From IMG/VR virus record IMGVR_UViG_3300014656_000029: 62,895 bases of DNA. One strand, 5' to 3'. This DNA comes from a virus. Numbering within the stretch: position 1 is the first letter of the stretch; each line of letters starts with the position of its first letter. Positions 1-9,771 of this stretch are shown here, piece by piece. Made by a program: the position numbers and the translations under genes. The notes beneath the pieces are model-generated. The model was not told the origin of the DNA. It did not search any database and was given only the letters and a program-made list of their open reading frames with translations.

Positions 1-174
1 TACCGCAGGAACTGCGGGATCTAAAGCTTGTGGAGAAGATGTAAGACCTAAGACTGTTTACAGCCTTAGGCAAACTTCTATGAAGCAAGAAGCTATCGGG
101 TCTTTAGCCCGATAGTAGTTCACTTTGTAGAAGCCTTGTTGTAAGTTACTTTTAAAATACGTGCTGTTTGCCTT

Positions 175-603
175 GTGAGGTTCGCTATGACAATAACAGA
201 TTTGTGTAAAGACCCAAAATTTAAAAAAGCGTATAACGGTTTTTACAAGTTTGCTAAGGAATTACACGCAGGCAAACAACTGCTCGGTATTAATGAAGCA
301 GAGATACCGGGGGCTGAAGATATACTTTTTGTGCTACAGGAGATAATTTCAAAAAAAGTATATCTTAAAAATGATGCGTTTTTAAAATGTATTAGCTCCT
401 ATACGAAAAGTTTTAATTCTGAAATATCCAAATGCGCAATAAATTGTTTACTCAATTGCGGGGAGGCAAAAGGGCAAGAATTATTGCTGGAAGAATACAC
501 AAATCCGTCTCTAATAAAAGAGAAAAATACAATAGAACAAGCTCTTGCTATGGCCTCTTCTACCGTAGAAAATAACCCGGTAGGAAAACAGGCCATTTGC
601 TAA
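175..603 (+). CDS. hypothetical protein (helical, possibly HEAT-like)
   Basis: 142-aa ORF; ends in TAA; no recognisable motif. Confidence 0.4.
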   Translation: MRFAMTITDLCKDPKFKKAYNGFYKFAKELHAGKQLLGINEAEIPGAEDILFVLQEIISKKVYLKNDAFLKCISSYTKSFNSEISKCAINCLLNCGEAKGQELLLEEYTNPSLIKEKNTIEQALAMASSTVENNPVGKQAIC

Positions 604-610
604 TTTACGA

Positions 611-991
611 TTGCTGACCTCTAAAATGCTTACAGGTACCTTCCTAAAAAACTTAGAATCCTATTCCGAAAAAATGGATGAAAAAACTAAAGAGTTGATA
701 ATTCTATTCATTGTAACTATGCCCTACGATTTTGTTACTCCAATAGCGGAATTAGACAAGGATAAACTTTGCATTTCTTGGATTAAAGATGAGCATAACT
801 ACGTTAAAATGTACCTTCAGGGAAATGGGGATTTACGCTATAGGGTGTCTCGGAGCACAAAAGAGAAGAAAGTTAATATAAAAAAGAAAAAAACAGTTTT
901 CCTTAAAAATGTATTTCCAAAAAAGCTAATAAAAGAAATTTCTAAATTATACAATTTGAAAAAAGACTTATCTCCATGGTATGAGAGTTAA
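611..991 (+). CDS. hypothetical Lys-rich small protein
   Basis: 126-aa ORF immediately downstream of the previous gene on the same strand. Confidence 0.3.
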   Translation: MLTSKMLTGTFLKNLESYSEKMDEKTKELIILFIVTMPYDFVTPIAELDKDKLCISWIKDEHNYVKMYLQGNGDLRYRVSRSTKEKKVNIKKKKTVFLKNVFPKKLIKEISKLYNLKKDLSPWYES

Positions 992-1622
992 GCAAAACCA
1001 CACAACAGTATTAAGCAAACTTGCTCCATTGTTTCAGCACCTCGGAGTTATAGAATTAGAAAAAAAAATAGCTCCCCATTTAATTGCAGATATACTGATA
1101 ACTACAGGAGACGGAAAACACATAGTGGTGGAGTATCAGAACTCCTGTAGAGATTCACATTACATTATAGGAAAAACTACAAAGTATAGTCAGTACGGCT
1201 TATACTGTGGATGGATATTTAATACAGATTTATTGAGTACAAAACAAGTAACTGAGGTTTTTATAACCTACGGCGGGATAGCCTATTTTTATGACGTATC
1301 TAAAGATATACTAATGTGTAATGATAAAATACTACTTACACCCCAGCAGTATATGGAAAAGAAAATTGATGTAGAGGATAACTTGATCTACAACAAATAT
1401 TCCTATGAAGATGTAGTGGAGAGGGTTGCGGCGTCTCGCGGATTTCAGTATAACAGGGAAGATTTTATAGAACCTGAATTATCCTATGAGTATTCTAAAA
1501 TCATAGATGATTCTGCGGATATAATAATGACGCAGTATTCAAAAATAGCCCTCAGAACTGATATTGTTTCGTATTTAAATATTGGTTTAAAAAGAGCCTA
1601 CTTCTCATTAGCTACTAAGTAA
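981..1622 (+). CDS. hypothetical protein
   Basis: 213-aa ORF; its start overlaps the previous ORF and it converges on the next gene. Confidence 0.35.
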   Translation: MRVKQNHTTVLSKLAPLFQHLGVIELEKKIAPHLIADILITTGDGKHIVVEYQNSCRDSHYIIGKTTKYSQYGLYCGWIFNTDLLSTKQVTEVFITYGGIAYFYDVSKDILMCNDKILLTPQQYMEKKIDVEDNLIYNKYSYEDVVERVAASRGFQYNREDFIEPELSYEYSKIIDDSADIIMTQYSKIALRTDIVSYLNIGLKRAYFSLATK

Positions 1623-3010
1623 GTATCTAACTCTTTAGATATCTCTTTCAATATAGCAATAAATTCTTTTTCTTTTCCTTTTACCATAAACGAGTTATAC
1701 ATAGGAATATCAGCAAGCTCTTTAGTACACTTATTTTCTATATTATTTGCTATTTTTAAAATAGCGTCAGCCAGCATCATTCCTTGCCACGGGAGAGGTT
1801 TAGCTGTTTCTATTCTTAATTTGAGTGCGTGTTTTGCTATCTCTTCGGAGTAAGCAATAACATCCTCTACTGTTTTTACTTCGTAGCCTTCTAAGTGTAA
1901 ATTAGATAAGTTCCATAAATCAGATTGGTGCTTAAGTTCTTTTTTAAGCGTAATATACGAAGCCTCCATCCAATTTTTAGTGCTACCTTCTTCTGAGTCA
2001 AAACCTAAAAGAACAACAGGGCTTCCACCTAAAATAATACCCAAACTAAACGCCGTACAGTCTAATGATACTCCTGCGTCAAAAGAAAACTGCTCTTGTA
2101 AAGTATTAAAAATCCAATCTTTATACACGGAACGTAGCGGAGCAAAAGTAAATGTTTTGAGGAAAGGAAGCTTCTGTAATTTAGGGTACGCAGCGATAGG
2201 TGAAACTAAAGAAGTTTCTTTTATATCATTAGGTTTAAATTTAGTTAATACTTTTTTATTTCTATCTGCACTGATTACAAAATGTGGTTTAATGCCTGCT
2301 TCTATAACTTCCCCAAAAGACTCTTCCGTACAGATAAAGATTATACGTTCTTCCATTCCTTTAAAATTAGTAATATGTTCTTTCAAAGATTCCCCGCAGG
2401 AACAGACAACTACAGGTTTTTTAAAGCATAGATTATGTAAGCCATTTATATCGGGGTTTTGTGTGTGCTTAGGTAAATTTCTAAGAACATTTTCTGCTTC
2501 TTCTTTTAACAAGGATTGTACTTCTTGTCTCATAGAGTTTAAAAGTATATTAATTCTTCTTTGTAGTGTTTCGGCAAATTCCGTAAACGCTTCTTTAAAG
2601 TATGTGGTCCAGTTTGGAGCGGCATATACAGCTATCCCACAATTAGCATCTAATACGTAAGCGGCTTCAAACTGTGTTATAAATACATTTAAATTACTAG
2701 AAATATACACTTTCTCGTTTCTAAATAGATCATCCCTTTCAGGAACGCACATTGCAAAAATATCATCTGTGGGTTCGTATATAAAAAGTTTATCAATATC
2801 TGGGTGCAGTTTTAAAATAGCCTCTGCGGTGTACCCAAAATCGTGACCAAACAAAACAACATATTTTGTAGGGTTAGTTGTTTTGTTTTGTTTTATATAG
2901 TTATAACAGAATTTTACGGGGTCCACAAAATCCTGTATAGGATTACCGTTTACTGATAAAATGTAAGCCCCTGATTTAGCTTTTACTTTTGTTAATTCAA
3001 CAGACTCCAT
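1598..3010 (-). CDS. Maf/DUF115-like (motility accessory factor, MptE-like) putative nonulosonic-acid glycosyltransferase, paralog A
   Basis: Motifs FGHDFGYT..IYEP, SSNLNV, VVCSCGESL (compare CSAGPSL in paralog B), PHFVIS, LLGFDSE. Likely start is the ATG at 3010, preceded by AAAGGA; the track start at 3040 is a TTG. Confidence 0.5.
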   Translation of the reverse strand: MESVELTKVKAKSGAYILSVNGNPIQDFVDPVKFCYNYIKQNKTTNPTKYVVLFGHDFGYTAEAILKLHPDIDKLFIYEPTDDIFAMCVPERDDLFRNEKVYISSNLNVFITQFEAAYVLDANCGIAVYAAPNWTTYFKEAFTEFAETLQRRINILLNSMRQEVQSLLKEEAENVLRNLPKHTQNPDINGLHNLCFKKPVVVCSCGESLKEHITNFKGMEERIIFICTEESFGEVIEAGIKPHFVISADRNKKVLTKFKPNDIKETSLVSPIAAYPKLQKLPFLKTFTFAPLRSVYKDWIFNTLQEQFSFDAGVSLDCTAFSLGIILGGSPVVLLGFDSEEGSTKNWMEASYITLKKELKHQSDLWNLSNLHLEGYEVKTVEDVIAYSEEIAKHALKLRIETAKPLPWQGMMLADAILKIANNIENKCTKELADIPMYNSFMVKGKEKEFIAILKEISKELDTYLVANEK

Positions 3011-3143
3011 ATTTATAACATCCTTTATTATTAGGTTCAATTACTAAAAAACGTTATTTAATAATATAGGAAGTATTAAAAAAAGACAAGTAAAAAATTA
3101 TACTCGCTAACTAATTAACCTTTTGTATAAAAGGAGTATCATA

Positions 3144-4730
3144 ATGGCACTCGTAAAACCTCTCATAATTTCTGCGGAAGGATTTCCGCGCGAAGCTGCT
3201 TCTTCTACTGACTACTTGCTATTACAAGGAGGTTTAGTTGTAAGCTCTACAGCAGTAGTTAGTTTTGCTGGTGCTCGTTTACGTAGTGTTGGTGCGCCTA
3301 CTTCTGGCGGTGACGCTACAAATAAAACCTATGTTGATAACGTGGCATCTAACATTAAATGGACTAACCCTGCCCAGGTACTTAAAGTAATAGGCGATAC
3401 AAAAATAACTGCTCCGGGTACTCCTGTTTCTGGAGACGCTTGGGTACTTAGTGGTGCAGGTGTGGGGGCTTGGGCTGCTTGGGGAACTGGAGATATCGTT
3501 GAATACAATGGCTTACTTATTGGTTGGAAGCTAGTGTTATCTGCTGGTGATTACATTAATGATTCTACAAGAGTAGTAGTAAAAAGTACTAGTGGTGCAG
3601 GGTCTTTTGCTGGAGAAGAAAATAATATCTTACAGTGGACAGGTTCTGCTTGGGAAGTTGTAGTTAGTGCTGAAGATGGAAGAGCATTGCTAATAATTGG
3701 TAGCGACAGTATTTATGAGAACATAGGTTACGTTTACGATTCAGAGGGGGGTTCTACAGGTTGGGTTCAATTTACCGGTGCTGGACAAATAGTTGCAGGC
3801 GACGGTATGACTAAAGTTGGAAATACTTTAAATGTAGGTGGGGGAGCGGGTATTACTGTAAGCGCAGACGGGTTATATGTTAATGCCGGTGATGGTTTAA
3901 GTATAGATGGTATTAACTATGTTGTTGTTGTTGCCGATTCTGGTATCTCTGTAGGTGCGGGTGGTGTAGCTGTAAATGCTGGTAGCGGTATTGATTTTAA
4001 CGCTAGCGGTGCTGTTATGGTTGTTGCCGATTCTGGTATCTCTGTAGGTGCTGGCGGTGTAGCTGTAAATGCTGGTAGCGGTATTGATTTTGCTAGTGGT
4101 GCTGTTATTGTAGATACTGTAGGTAATGGTTTAGCGGCTACAGCTGCCGGTTTACATCTTATTGCTGGTACAGCTATAGATTTAAATGCAAGTGGTATTT
4201 CAGTTAAATATGATGATGTCACCTTAGGTATTAGTTCTGATGCCTTGACCGTTGTAGGTGTTCCTAGTAACTTTGAAATCAATGGTGTTGCAGTAGGAAA
4301 TACTGTTACTGCTGCTAACTTAGATACTTTAACAGATGGAAGTAATGCCGATCTTCTTCATTCACATAGCGGTATGTATCTAACATTATCTTCCGCCGAA
4401 GCTATTTCTAAAGGAGATCCTGTTTATGTACAGACTACTGATTTAGTTGGTCAAGGATGTGCTGCTTCTGGTAATATGTCCAGAATTATAGGTCTTGCTC
4501 TTACTGCTGCGGCTTCTAATGCCGCTTGTATTATAGTTAACAATGGTAGTATTGTTAGATCTTGTGTTACAGGGGCAACATATAATGCTCCATATTATTT
4601 AAATGCTGCTACCGCAGGTATTACAGCAACAATTCCAGCTGCTGCTGGTAGTAGGCTAATAATGGTAGGATATGCAATTAACACATCTGACATTTGTGTC
4701 CAGCTACGCGATTACGGACAGAAACTTTAA
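3144..4730 (+). CDS. Gly/Ala/Ser/Thr-rich fiber-like structural protein with internal tandem repeats (tail fiber or other surface fiber)
   Basis: SD AAGGAG 8 nt upstream of the ATG at 3144. Repeated VVVADSGISVGAGGVAVNAGSGIDF(N)ASGAV units. Beta-helix-like composition. Confidence 0.6.
   Translation: MALVKPLIISAEGFPREAASSTDYLLLQGGLVVSSTAVVSFAGARLRSVGAPTSGGDATNKTYVDNVASNIKWTNPAQVLKVIGDTKITAPGTPVSGDAWVLSGAGVGAWAAWGTGDIVEYNGLLIGWKLVLSAGDYINDSTRVVVKSTSGAGSFAGEENNILQWTGSAWEVVVSAEDGRALLIIGSDSIYENIGYVYDSEGGSTGWVQFTGAGQIVAGDGMTKVGNTLNVGGGAGITVSADGLYVNAGDGLSIDGINYVVVVADSGISVGAGGVAVNAGSGIDFNASGAVMVVADSGISVGAGGVAVNAGSGIDFASGAVIVDTVGNGLAATAAGLHLIAGTAIDLNASGISVKYDDVTLGISSDALTVVGVPSNFEINGVAVGNTVTAANLDTLTDGSNADLLHSHSGMYLTLSSAEAISKGDPVYVQTTDLVGQGCAASGNMSRIIGLALTAAASNAACIIVNNGSIVRSCVTGATYNAPYYLNAATAGITATIPAAAGSRLIMVGYAINTSDICVQLRDYGQKL
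3927..4110 (+). repeat. about 90-nt direct tandem repeat (2 copies) inside the fiber gene
   Basis: gttgttgccgattctggtatctctgtaggtgc..gctgtaaatgctggtagcggtattgatttt occurs twice in succession with few substitutions. Confidence 0.7.
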
Positions 4731-4815
4731 TTAAAACTAATACAAATATAAGTAAGGGGGGTTTTTGTTGAAAAAAATTTAAAATTGTTATATACTTCTG
4801 TAATAAGGAGTCGCT

Positions 4816-6474
4816 ATGACTACAGTAGGTTTAGAAGTAAAAGAAGCAGTTAGAACAAAAGATTTCTATTTCGTTATAGATGGAATTCCCATACAAAACC
4901 CTGAAGACCCTAAGGGGGAAACGCTAAAAGGTATTATGACAGCGGAACCTAAAGCTCCAGATAGTATAAAAATATTTATAATATTTGGTTTAGACTTTGG
5001 TTATACTATAGAAGCTACGAGAATGGTATATCCCAATTCTGTCATATTCTGCTATGAGCCAAGCGATCTTATTGTAGAAGAAGTAATGAGTAGGCGAGGT
5101 AAAGATTTAATGAAGATACCCAATCTGCTAATAACTTCCAATTTGAATGTATTAGTAAAAAGAATACATGATAAATATGGAAGTAGTGAGGCAGCTTATA
5201 TACTACCTTTGGACAAATGGGAAAAAATGTTTCCAAAGGAATTTGAAGAATTTTTAGAAAAGGTACAACGTATAGTTTTAACAAGAATGATGAGCAGAGT
5301 AACTAAAGAGATAAGATATAAACCTTGGGTAGATAATTTTCTTTTGAACTTACCTTTTTACCTTAATAGTAGTAATCATGGAGGAAAATTAATTAATTGT
5401 ATCCCCCCTAATACTCCCGTTATCATTTGTTCCGCAGGACCTTCCCTAAGTAAAAACGTAGAGCTATTAAAAGGGCTAGAAGATAAAGTAGTTATTGTTG
5501 CTGTGAACACTGCTTATCAATCCTTGAGGCATTATGGCATAGAGCCCCACATTGTAGCCTCTATAGAATCAGTGGACGGTTCCTCTATGCTCTCGGACTT
5601 TGAGAGCTTAAATACTACCTTAATGGCCCCTCTTGTTGTGCATCCTAATATGTTGAAGCTCCCCTTCAAGCAAAAAATTCTGTTTTCTAATTTTCCTTCT
5701 TTCTATTCTTCCTTGTTCAAATCTTTAGGGGAGAATGTTATGCTAGAACTAGGAGGGAGTGTCGCTTGTGCTGCTTTCGCTATAGGGTTTATGTTAGGTA
5801 GTTCTAATATCATATTAATAGGGCAGGATTTAGCTTTTGAAGATAAGGAAGAAATTGATTATTATTCAGAAGGAAGTAAATACAACAGCAAAAAAACAAT
5901 TATTGATAAACAAAAAAATCTAATTTACATTCCTTTTAAAAAAGAGATAGCTAAAGAAGATCCGCAGTTTCAATATTTGGGGGACGAAATACCAGATTAC
6001 GCAGCACTACCTTTAAAATATACAAAGGGATGGAATGGCGGAGATGAAAAAGTACCTACGCATAATCACTTTTTGTTCTTTATTAACTGGTTTGAATCTG
6101 CTTCTTTTAATCTTAGTAAAAGTAAAAATTTGTTTAACTGTACAGAGGGAGGAGCTTACTTAGAAGGCTTTATACACAAAACGCTACAAGAATCTTTAGA
6201 ACTGTGTCATGTTAATAAACTTAAGGACCATCATTTAAATAGTATTTTAGGATCGTTAGAAGCAAATCCATCTCTTAAAAAAACATTCAAAGAATATGCT
6301 GCTAATTTAATACATATGCTTAATGATGAGAAAACAACTATTGTAGAGCTAGAAAAGTATTCTGAATTATTTAATGCCTATACTATTGCTTGTAAAAATA
6401 ACAAAAGAGAAATGGTGGAAAAGTTTAAGGAATTTAAATCAAGATTTATACAAATGTATGAAGAGTTAAATTAG
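4816..6474 (+). CDS. Maf/DUF115-like putative glycosyltransferase, paralog B
   Basis: SD AAGGAG before the ATG. Motifs FGLDFGYT..CYEP, SNLNV, ICSAGPSL, PHIVAS, KLPF, LIGQDLAF. Clear paralog of 1598..3010. Confidence 0.55.
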   Translation: MTTVGLEVKEAVRTKDFYFVIDGIPIQNPEDPKGETLKGIMTAEPKAPDSIKIFIIFGLDFGYTIEATRMVYPNSVIFCYEPSDLIVEEVMSRRGKDLMKIPNLLITSNLNVLVKRIHDKYGSSEAAYILPLDKWEKMFPKEFEEFLEKVQRIVLTRMMSRVTKEIRYKPWVDNFLLNLPFYLNSSNHGGKLINCIPPNTPVIICSAGPSLSKNVELLKGLEDKVVIVAVNTAYQSLRHYGIEPHIVASIESVDGSSMLSDFESLNTTLMAPLVVHPNMLKLPFKQKILFSNFPSFYSSLFKSLGENVMLELGGSVACAAFAIGFMLGSSNIILIGQDLAFEDKEEIDYYSEGSKYNSKKTIIDKQKNLIYIPFKKEIAKEDPQFQYLGDEIPDYAALPLKYTKGWNGGDEKVPTHNHFLFFINWFESASFNLSKSKNLFNCTEGGAYLEGFIHKTLQESLELCHVNKLKDHHLNSILGSLEANPSLKKTFKEYAANLIHMLNDEKTTIVELEKYSELFNAYTIACKNNKREMVEKFKEFKSRFIQMYEELN

Positions 6475-6953
6475 ATTTTTGTTTTCTTGTCAATTCCGGT
6501 GAGGACTCCATTCACGTCATCAATAGCAACATTCTTTTTATCTATTTCGTAGTCCACTTCTATTCTATGAATAAAGACATTGTATTCAGCACCTTTTTTC
6601 TGCTGATCTGCATTCAAAGAATTTATGATAGTCTGGTACTCTTTTATTTTAGGATTTTTGTCTATCTCCACTTGCAGCAGAGTTTTATATTTGTCAATCT
6701 GATGTTTCAGCGAAGACAGCTCTGCCATGTGAAATTTCCACTCAAATAAATCACTTTTAATTAGCTGTTTATATTCCTTGTATATTTCTTCTTTAGGAAG
6801 CCTTTCTCCCTCAGGCTGCTTTAATTCTGGCTCAGGCAGAGCTTCCTCTGGAACTTCTTCTATAGCAGCAGAAACCTCTTCTACGGAAGCAGCTATTTTT
6901 TTTCTTTTTCTTTTTTTACTGTTAACTTCAGTTGTTTCTTTTGTATTTTTCAT
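6471..6953 (-). CDS. hypothetical basic coiled-coil protein
   Basis: KKRKRKK N-terminus; Glu/Lys-rich helical sequence. Confidence 0.4.
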   Translation of the reverse strand: MKNTKETTEVNSKKRKRKKIAASVEEVSAAIEEVPEEALPEPELKQPEGERLPKEEIYKEYKQLIKSDLFEWKFHMAELSSLKHQIDKYKTLLQVEIDKNPKIKEYQTIINSLNADQQKKGAEYNVFIHRIEVDYEIDKKNVAIDDVNGVLTGIDKKTKI

Positions 6954-6957
6954 GTTG

Positions 6958-7233
6958 TTATTCCAATATTTTTAAAAGTACATCATGCAAAAACACAGGT
7001 ACTAAGTCTTTGCTTAATTCTGTGTTTATAAACACTCCACTTTGATTAGAAATTATATTGTATTCCTTCCATGTTATCGTATAGAGATTATTGTATATGT
7101 CAAATATTTTTAGTACAAAACCATCTCCCTCTAAATAACCATCATAAGTTATGTTGTACAATACGGAATAGGTATTCACTATACTAGAGCAAGCATTTTT
7201 AAGATTATTATTAACAGGTACATTATATGGCAT
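6958..7233 (-). CDS. hypothetical protein
   Basis: 91-aa ORF in a co-directional gene string. Confidence 0.3.
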   Translation of the reverse strand: MPYNVPVNNNLKNACSSIVNTYSVLYNITYDGYLEGDGFVLKIFDIYNNLYTITWKEYNIISNQSGVFINTELSKDLVPVFLHDVLLKILE

Positions 7234-7292
7234 AAAAACTCCTTTCGTACCCCATTAGTATCTCATATTTTTACAGAAATTAAAAGAAAAAA

Positions 7293-7796
7293 TTAACGTA
7301 TTTTAAAAAATTCGGAATTAAGAATATTATAAATTTCTTGTTCTTGGGTATCACAAATAAAAGTTTCTATAGAACTTCTTGTTCCCGTGTAGTCCTTGTC
7401 TATGTTTTTATATGTTTGATTACTTATTGTTGGTATTTCAGGAGATAGTAAAATCCAAATATTTCCTTTAAAGAAAAGCAAATACCACCCAAGGGCTGGT
7501 TCGTGAGAATACGTTTTTAAAAAGGTACCAGACTCGAAATAAAAAACCCTGCTGCATTCTATGGCGTAATCTGCGGAATCCCATATCTTCTGTAAAGAAG
7601 GAACTTCTATGTTATTCGTTTTAAATATATTATTTATATATTTAACTGCTTTATTGATTTCGCTCTGTAGAAGTGTTTGGGGTACTTCAGTCATAGAGGA
7701 GATATAATAGTTTTGTGTTTTTTTCTGTGCTAACATAGATTGCTCAATAACCATTGAACCTTTGCTGTATTTAAAAACAATAAGATCCCTAATCAA
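7293..7796 (-). CDS. hypothetical protein
   Basis: 167-aa ORF. Confidence 0.4.
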   Translation of the reverse strand: MIRDLIVFKYSKGSMVIEQSMLAQKKTQNYYISSMTEVPQTLLQSEINKAVKYINNIFKTNNIEVPSLQKIWDSADYAIECSRVFYFESGTFLKTYSHEPALGWYLLFFKGNIWILLSPEIPTISNQTYKNIDKDYTGTRSSIETFICDTQEQEIYNILNSEFFKIR

Positions 7797-7820
7797 TTTA
7801 AGATATAGGTGTGTTATTCA

Positions 7821-8180
7821 CTATTCTATTTCTTCCCACGAACCCTCTGTATTACGTCCTTCTACCTTTATGTTATTGGGAGACATAGATTCCTCTACGC
7901 GCTGTTCTAAACTTTTTCCAGTATCTATTTCTTTTACTTGTTCTGCTAGCCACATTCTAAACCTAGCAGTCTTTACAAGCTTATGAAGGGCCAGTTTCTT
8001 ATTCATGTATTGGCTGCGTTCAGTACGGCTTTCTGCTGCTGCTCCAGAGGGGTTATGAATAATCCTGACACCGCTGTCCGTCTTGTTCTGTTTCTGGCCA
8101 CCTTTACCGCCTGCTCTAAAAGTTTGAACAGTAAAGTCATCTTTATATATAGTAAAAAGTTTTTCCTTCTCTTTTGCCAT
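7821..8180 (-). CDS. arfB: ArfB-like peptidyl-tRNA hydrolase (class I release factor GGQ domain)
   Basis: FRAGGKGGQKQNKTDSGVRIIH..ESRTERSQ..NKKLA motif. SD AAAGGAGGAG upstream of the ATG. Confidence 0.8.
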   Translation of the reverse strand: MAKEKEKLFTIYKDDFTVQTFRAGGKGGQKQNKTDSGVRIIHNPSGAAAESRTERSQYMNKKLALHKLVKTARFRMWLAEQVKEIDTGKSLEQRVEESMSPNNIKVEGRNTEGSWEEIE

Positions 8181-9211
8181 TACTCCTCCTTTAATATATT
8201 ATAAAAAGCGGACCACTCAGGATAACCATTATGGAAAGTAACAAAAATGTTTCCCTCAGACATATTGGAAAAAGTAGGATATCCCCCATTGTACCATTGG
8301 AAATCACCTTCGGGTAATTCAAGCTCAATACAATCTTTCCATGTTTTACCCCCATCTTTACTAATGGATATAAAGCACACAGAACTTTTATCGGGGTTTA
8401 CTTTTCTGTAACCAAATAATAAATTACCTTTAGGTGTTACATGCAGACAGGGTGTGGTTCCTCGGATGCCCATGTTTTTAGGCTTAGTCCAAAATTTACC
8501 TTCTGTGGTAGAAAAAGAAATGTAGAAGGGGTGTTTTCTGTGGTTCTTATCCCTATCCATAAAATTGTCTTTGTATCCTCTAATTACAGATACAAGTGAT
8601 CCATCAGGAAGCAAAACAGTAGAGGTTTCGTCTCCTTGATTTTTAGTTATTGTATAATAGTTTTCCCACGAAATTTCTGTTTTACTTTCAGAATACAGTG
8701 TCTGAACTTGCCAATTTCCTATACCAAAGTTATTGCAAGAGCCGCACACAGTTAGCATTAAGTAGTCTTCAAATTCTATAATTTTACCGTAAGGAAATGT
8801 TTCTATCATGGAAGAAACTAAAATGTCTACATTTTTCCACGTATATCCGTTGTCTTCCGACACAGCAGTACACATGTTTATGTGTCTGTTTATTTCGCCC
8901 TTTTTAATAAAATAACCATCTACAAAAGGCATTACCAATGTCCCATCTTTCAGACAAGTAATAGTGGTACTTGCTTCAATACCTCCCCTTTTGTACATTG
9001 ACTTAAATGAATATTCTCCCAGCTCCCATGTTTTCCCCGCGTCTTTAGACCTATAGTAGTAAACACCTTCATCCTCTGACAGGTCACAGGAGTTATGGCA
9101 AGAAACTAGTATATCCCCATTGGAACAAATTACATTTCCGGGAACCATAGCAGGAATAAACATTTTTCCTATAACACCCTTGCTTACAACGGCCATTCTA
9201 TTATTACTCAT
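8180..9211 (-). CDS. BNR/Asp-box repeat protein, sialidase (GH33)-like
   Basis: Three Asp-boxes: SKDAGKTW, SEDNGYTW, SKDGGKTW. The canonical FRIP arginine was not seen (MFIP instead). Confidence 0.6.
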   Translation of the reverse strand: MSNNRMAVVSKGVIGKMFIPAMVPGNVICSNGDILVSCHNSCDLSEDEGVYYYRSKDAGKTWELGEYSFKSMYKRGGIEASTTITCLKDGTLVMPFVDGYFIKKGEINRHINMCTAVSEDNGYTWKNVDILVSSMIETFPYGKIIEFEDYLMLTVCGSCNNFGIGNWQVQTLYSESKTEISWENYYTITKNQGDETSTVLLPDGSLVSVIRGYKDNFMDRDKNHRKHPFYISFSTTEGKFWTKPKNMGIRGTTPCLHVTPKGNLLFGYRKVNPDKSSVCFISISKDGGKTWKDCIELELPEGDFQWYNGGYPTFSNMSEGNIFVTFHNGYPEWSAFYNILKEE

Positions 9212-9771
9212 TTAGACACTCCGTAGACTACCACACCTGTTACTATAACTCCTGTAACTATACCAACACCTATACCAAACCAGAAACTGCTGTCTCTAAG
9301 TTTAGCCAGTAAAGACTTTGGTGCCTCAACTGCTATCTTCTCTAAAGAATCAATTTGTGTATTCTTTATTTTAATGATGTTTTCATATCTATCTTTTTGA
9401 TACTTTAATTCTAACTGTAAATCCTCTTTAGTATATTTTACAGTTTTATCACAATACAGTTTTGCATATTCAACTTTCTTATTACATATTTCTTCTGTAT
9501 GTTTTAGCTGCATAGCACATTGCAGTTTTCCAAATTTAATGTCTGCAAGCATACTTATAACAATAGACTCTTTAAGAAGCCTACCAGAAAAAGGTGCCTT
9601 AGCATTAGCCGCTAAAGAGATGGAGTTAATAATTTGTTTTTTTGCATCTTTGTCTAACACTTTCTTTTCTGCAGCGTAGGAAACACCACAAAAAATGTAT
9701 ATTAAACAAAATAACAGGGTACTTAAAAAATATTGTTTATTCACGGCACTCTGCTCCTTCTGCATAATCAT
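9208..9771 (-). CDS. membrane protein (N-terminal signal/anchor plus C-terminal TM segment); possible unimolecular-spanin-like
   Basis: Hydrophobic N-terminus with a Cys near the cleavage region. C-terminal WFGIGVGIVTGVIVTGVVVYG TM segment. Confidence 0.4.
   Translation of the reverse strand: MIMQKEQSAVNKQYFLSTLLFCLIYIFCGVSYAAEKKVLDKDAKKQIINSISLAANAKAPFSGRLLKESIVISMLADIKFGKLQCAMQLKHTEEICNKKVEYAKLYCDKTVKYTKEDLQLELKYQKDRYENIIKIKNTQIDSLEKIAVEAPKSLLAKLRDSSFWFGIGVGIVTGVIVTGVVVYGVSK

Noticed and set aside
1980-2660. 226-aa plus-strand ORF, and many similar antisense ORFs. Examples: 399..596, 3917..4282, 24633..25028, 25153..25635, 25723..26151, 31440..31736, 31886..32173, 33269..33727, 42239..42601, 46080..46428, 56696..57091, 60246..60554, 61548..61814, 62157..62657
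   Set aside because: They are fully embedded antisense (or out of frame) within longer ORFs that have SD sites and recognisable domains. Their amino-acid composition is low-complexity.
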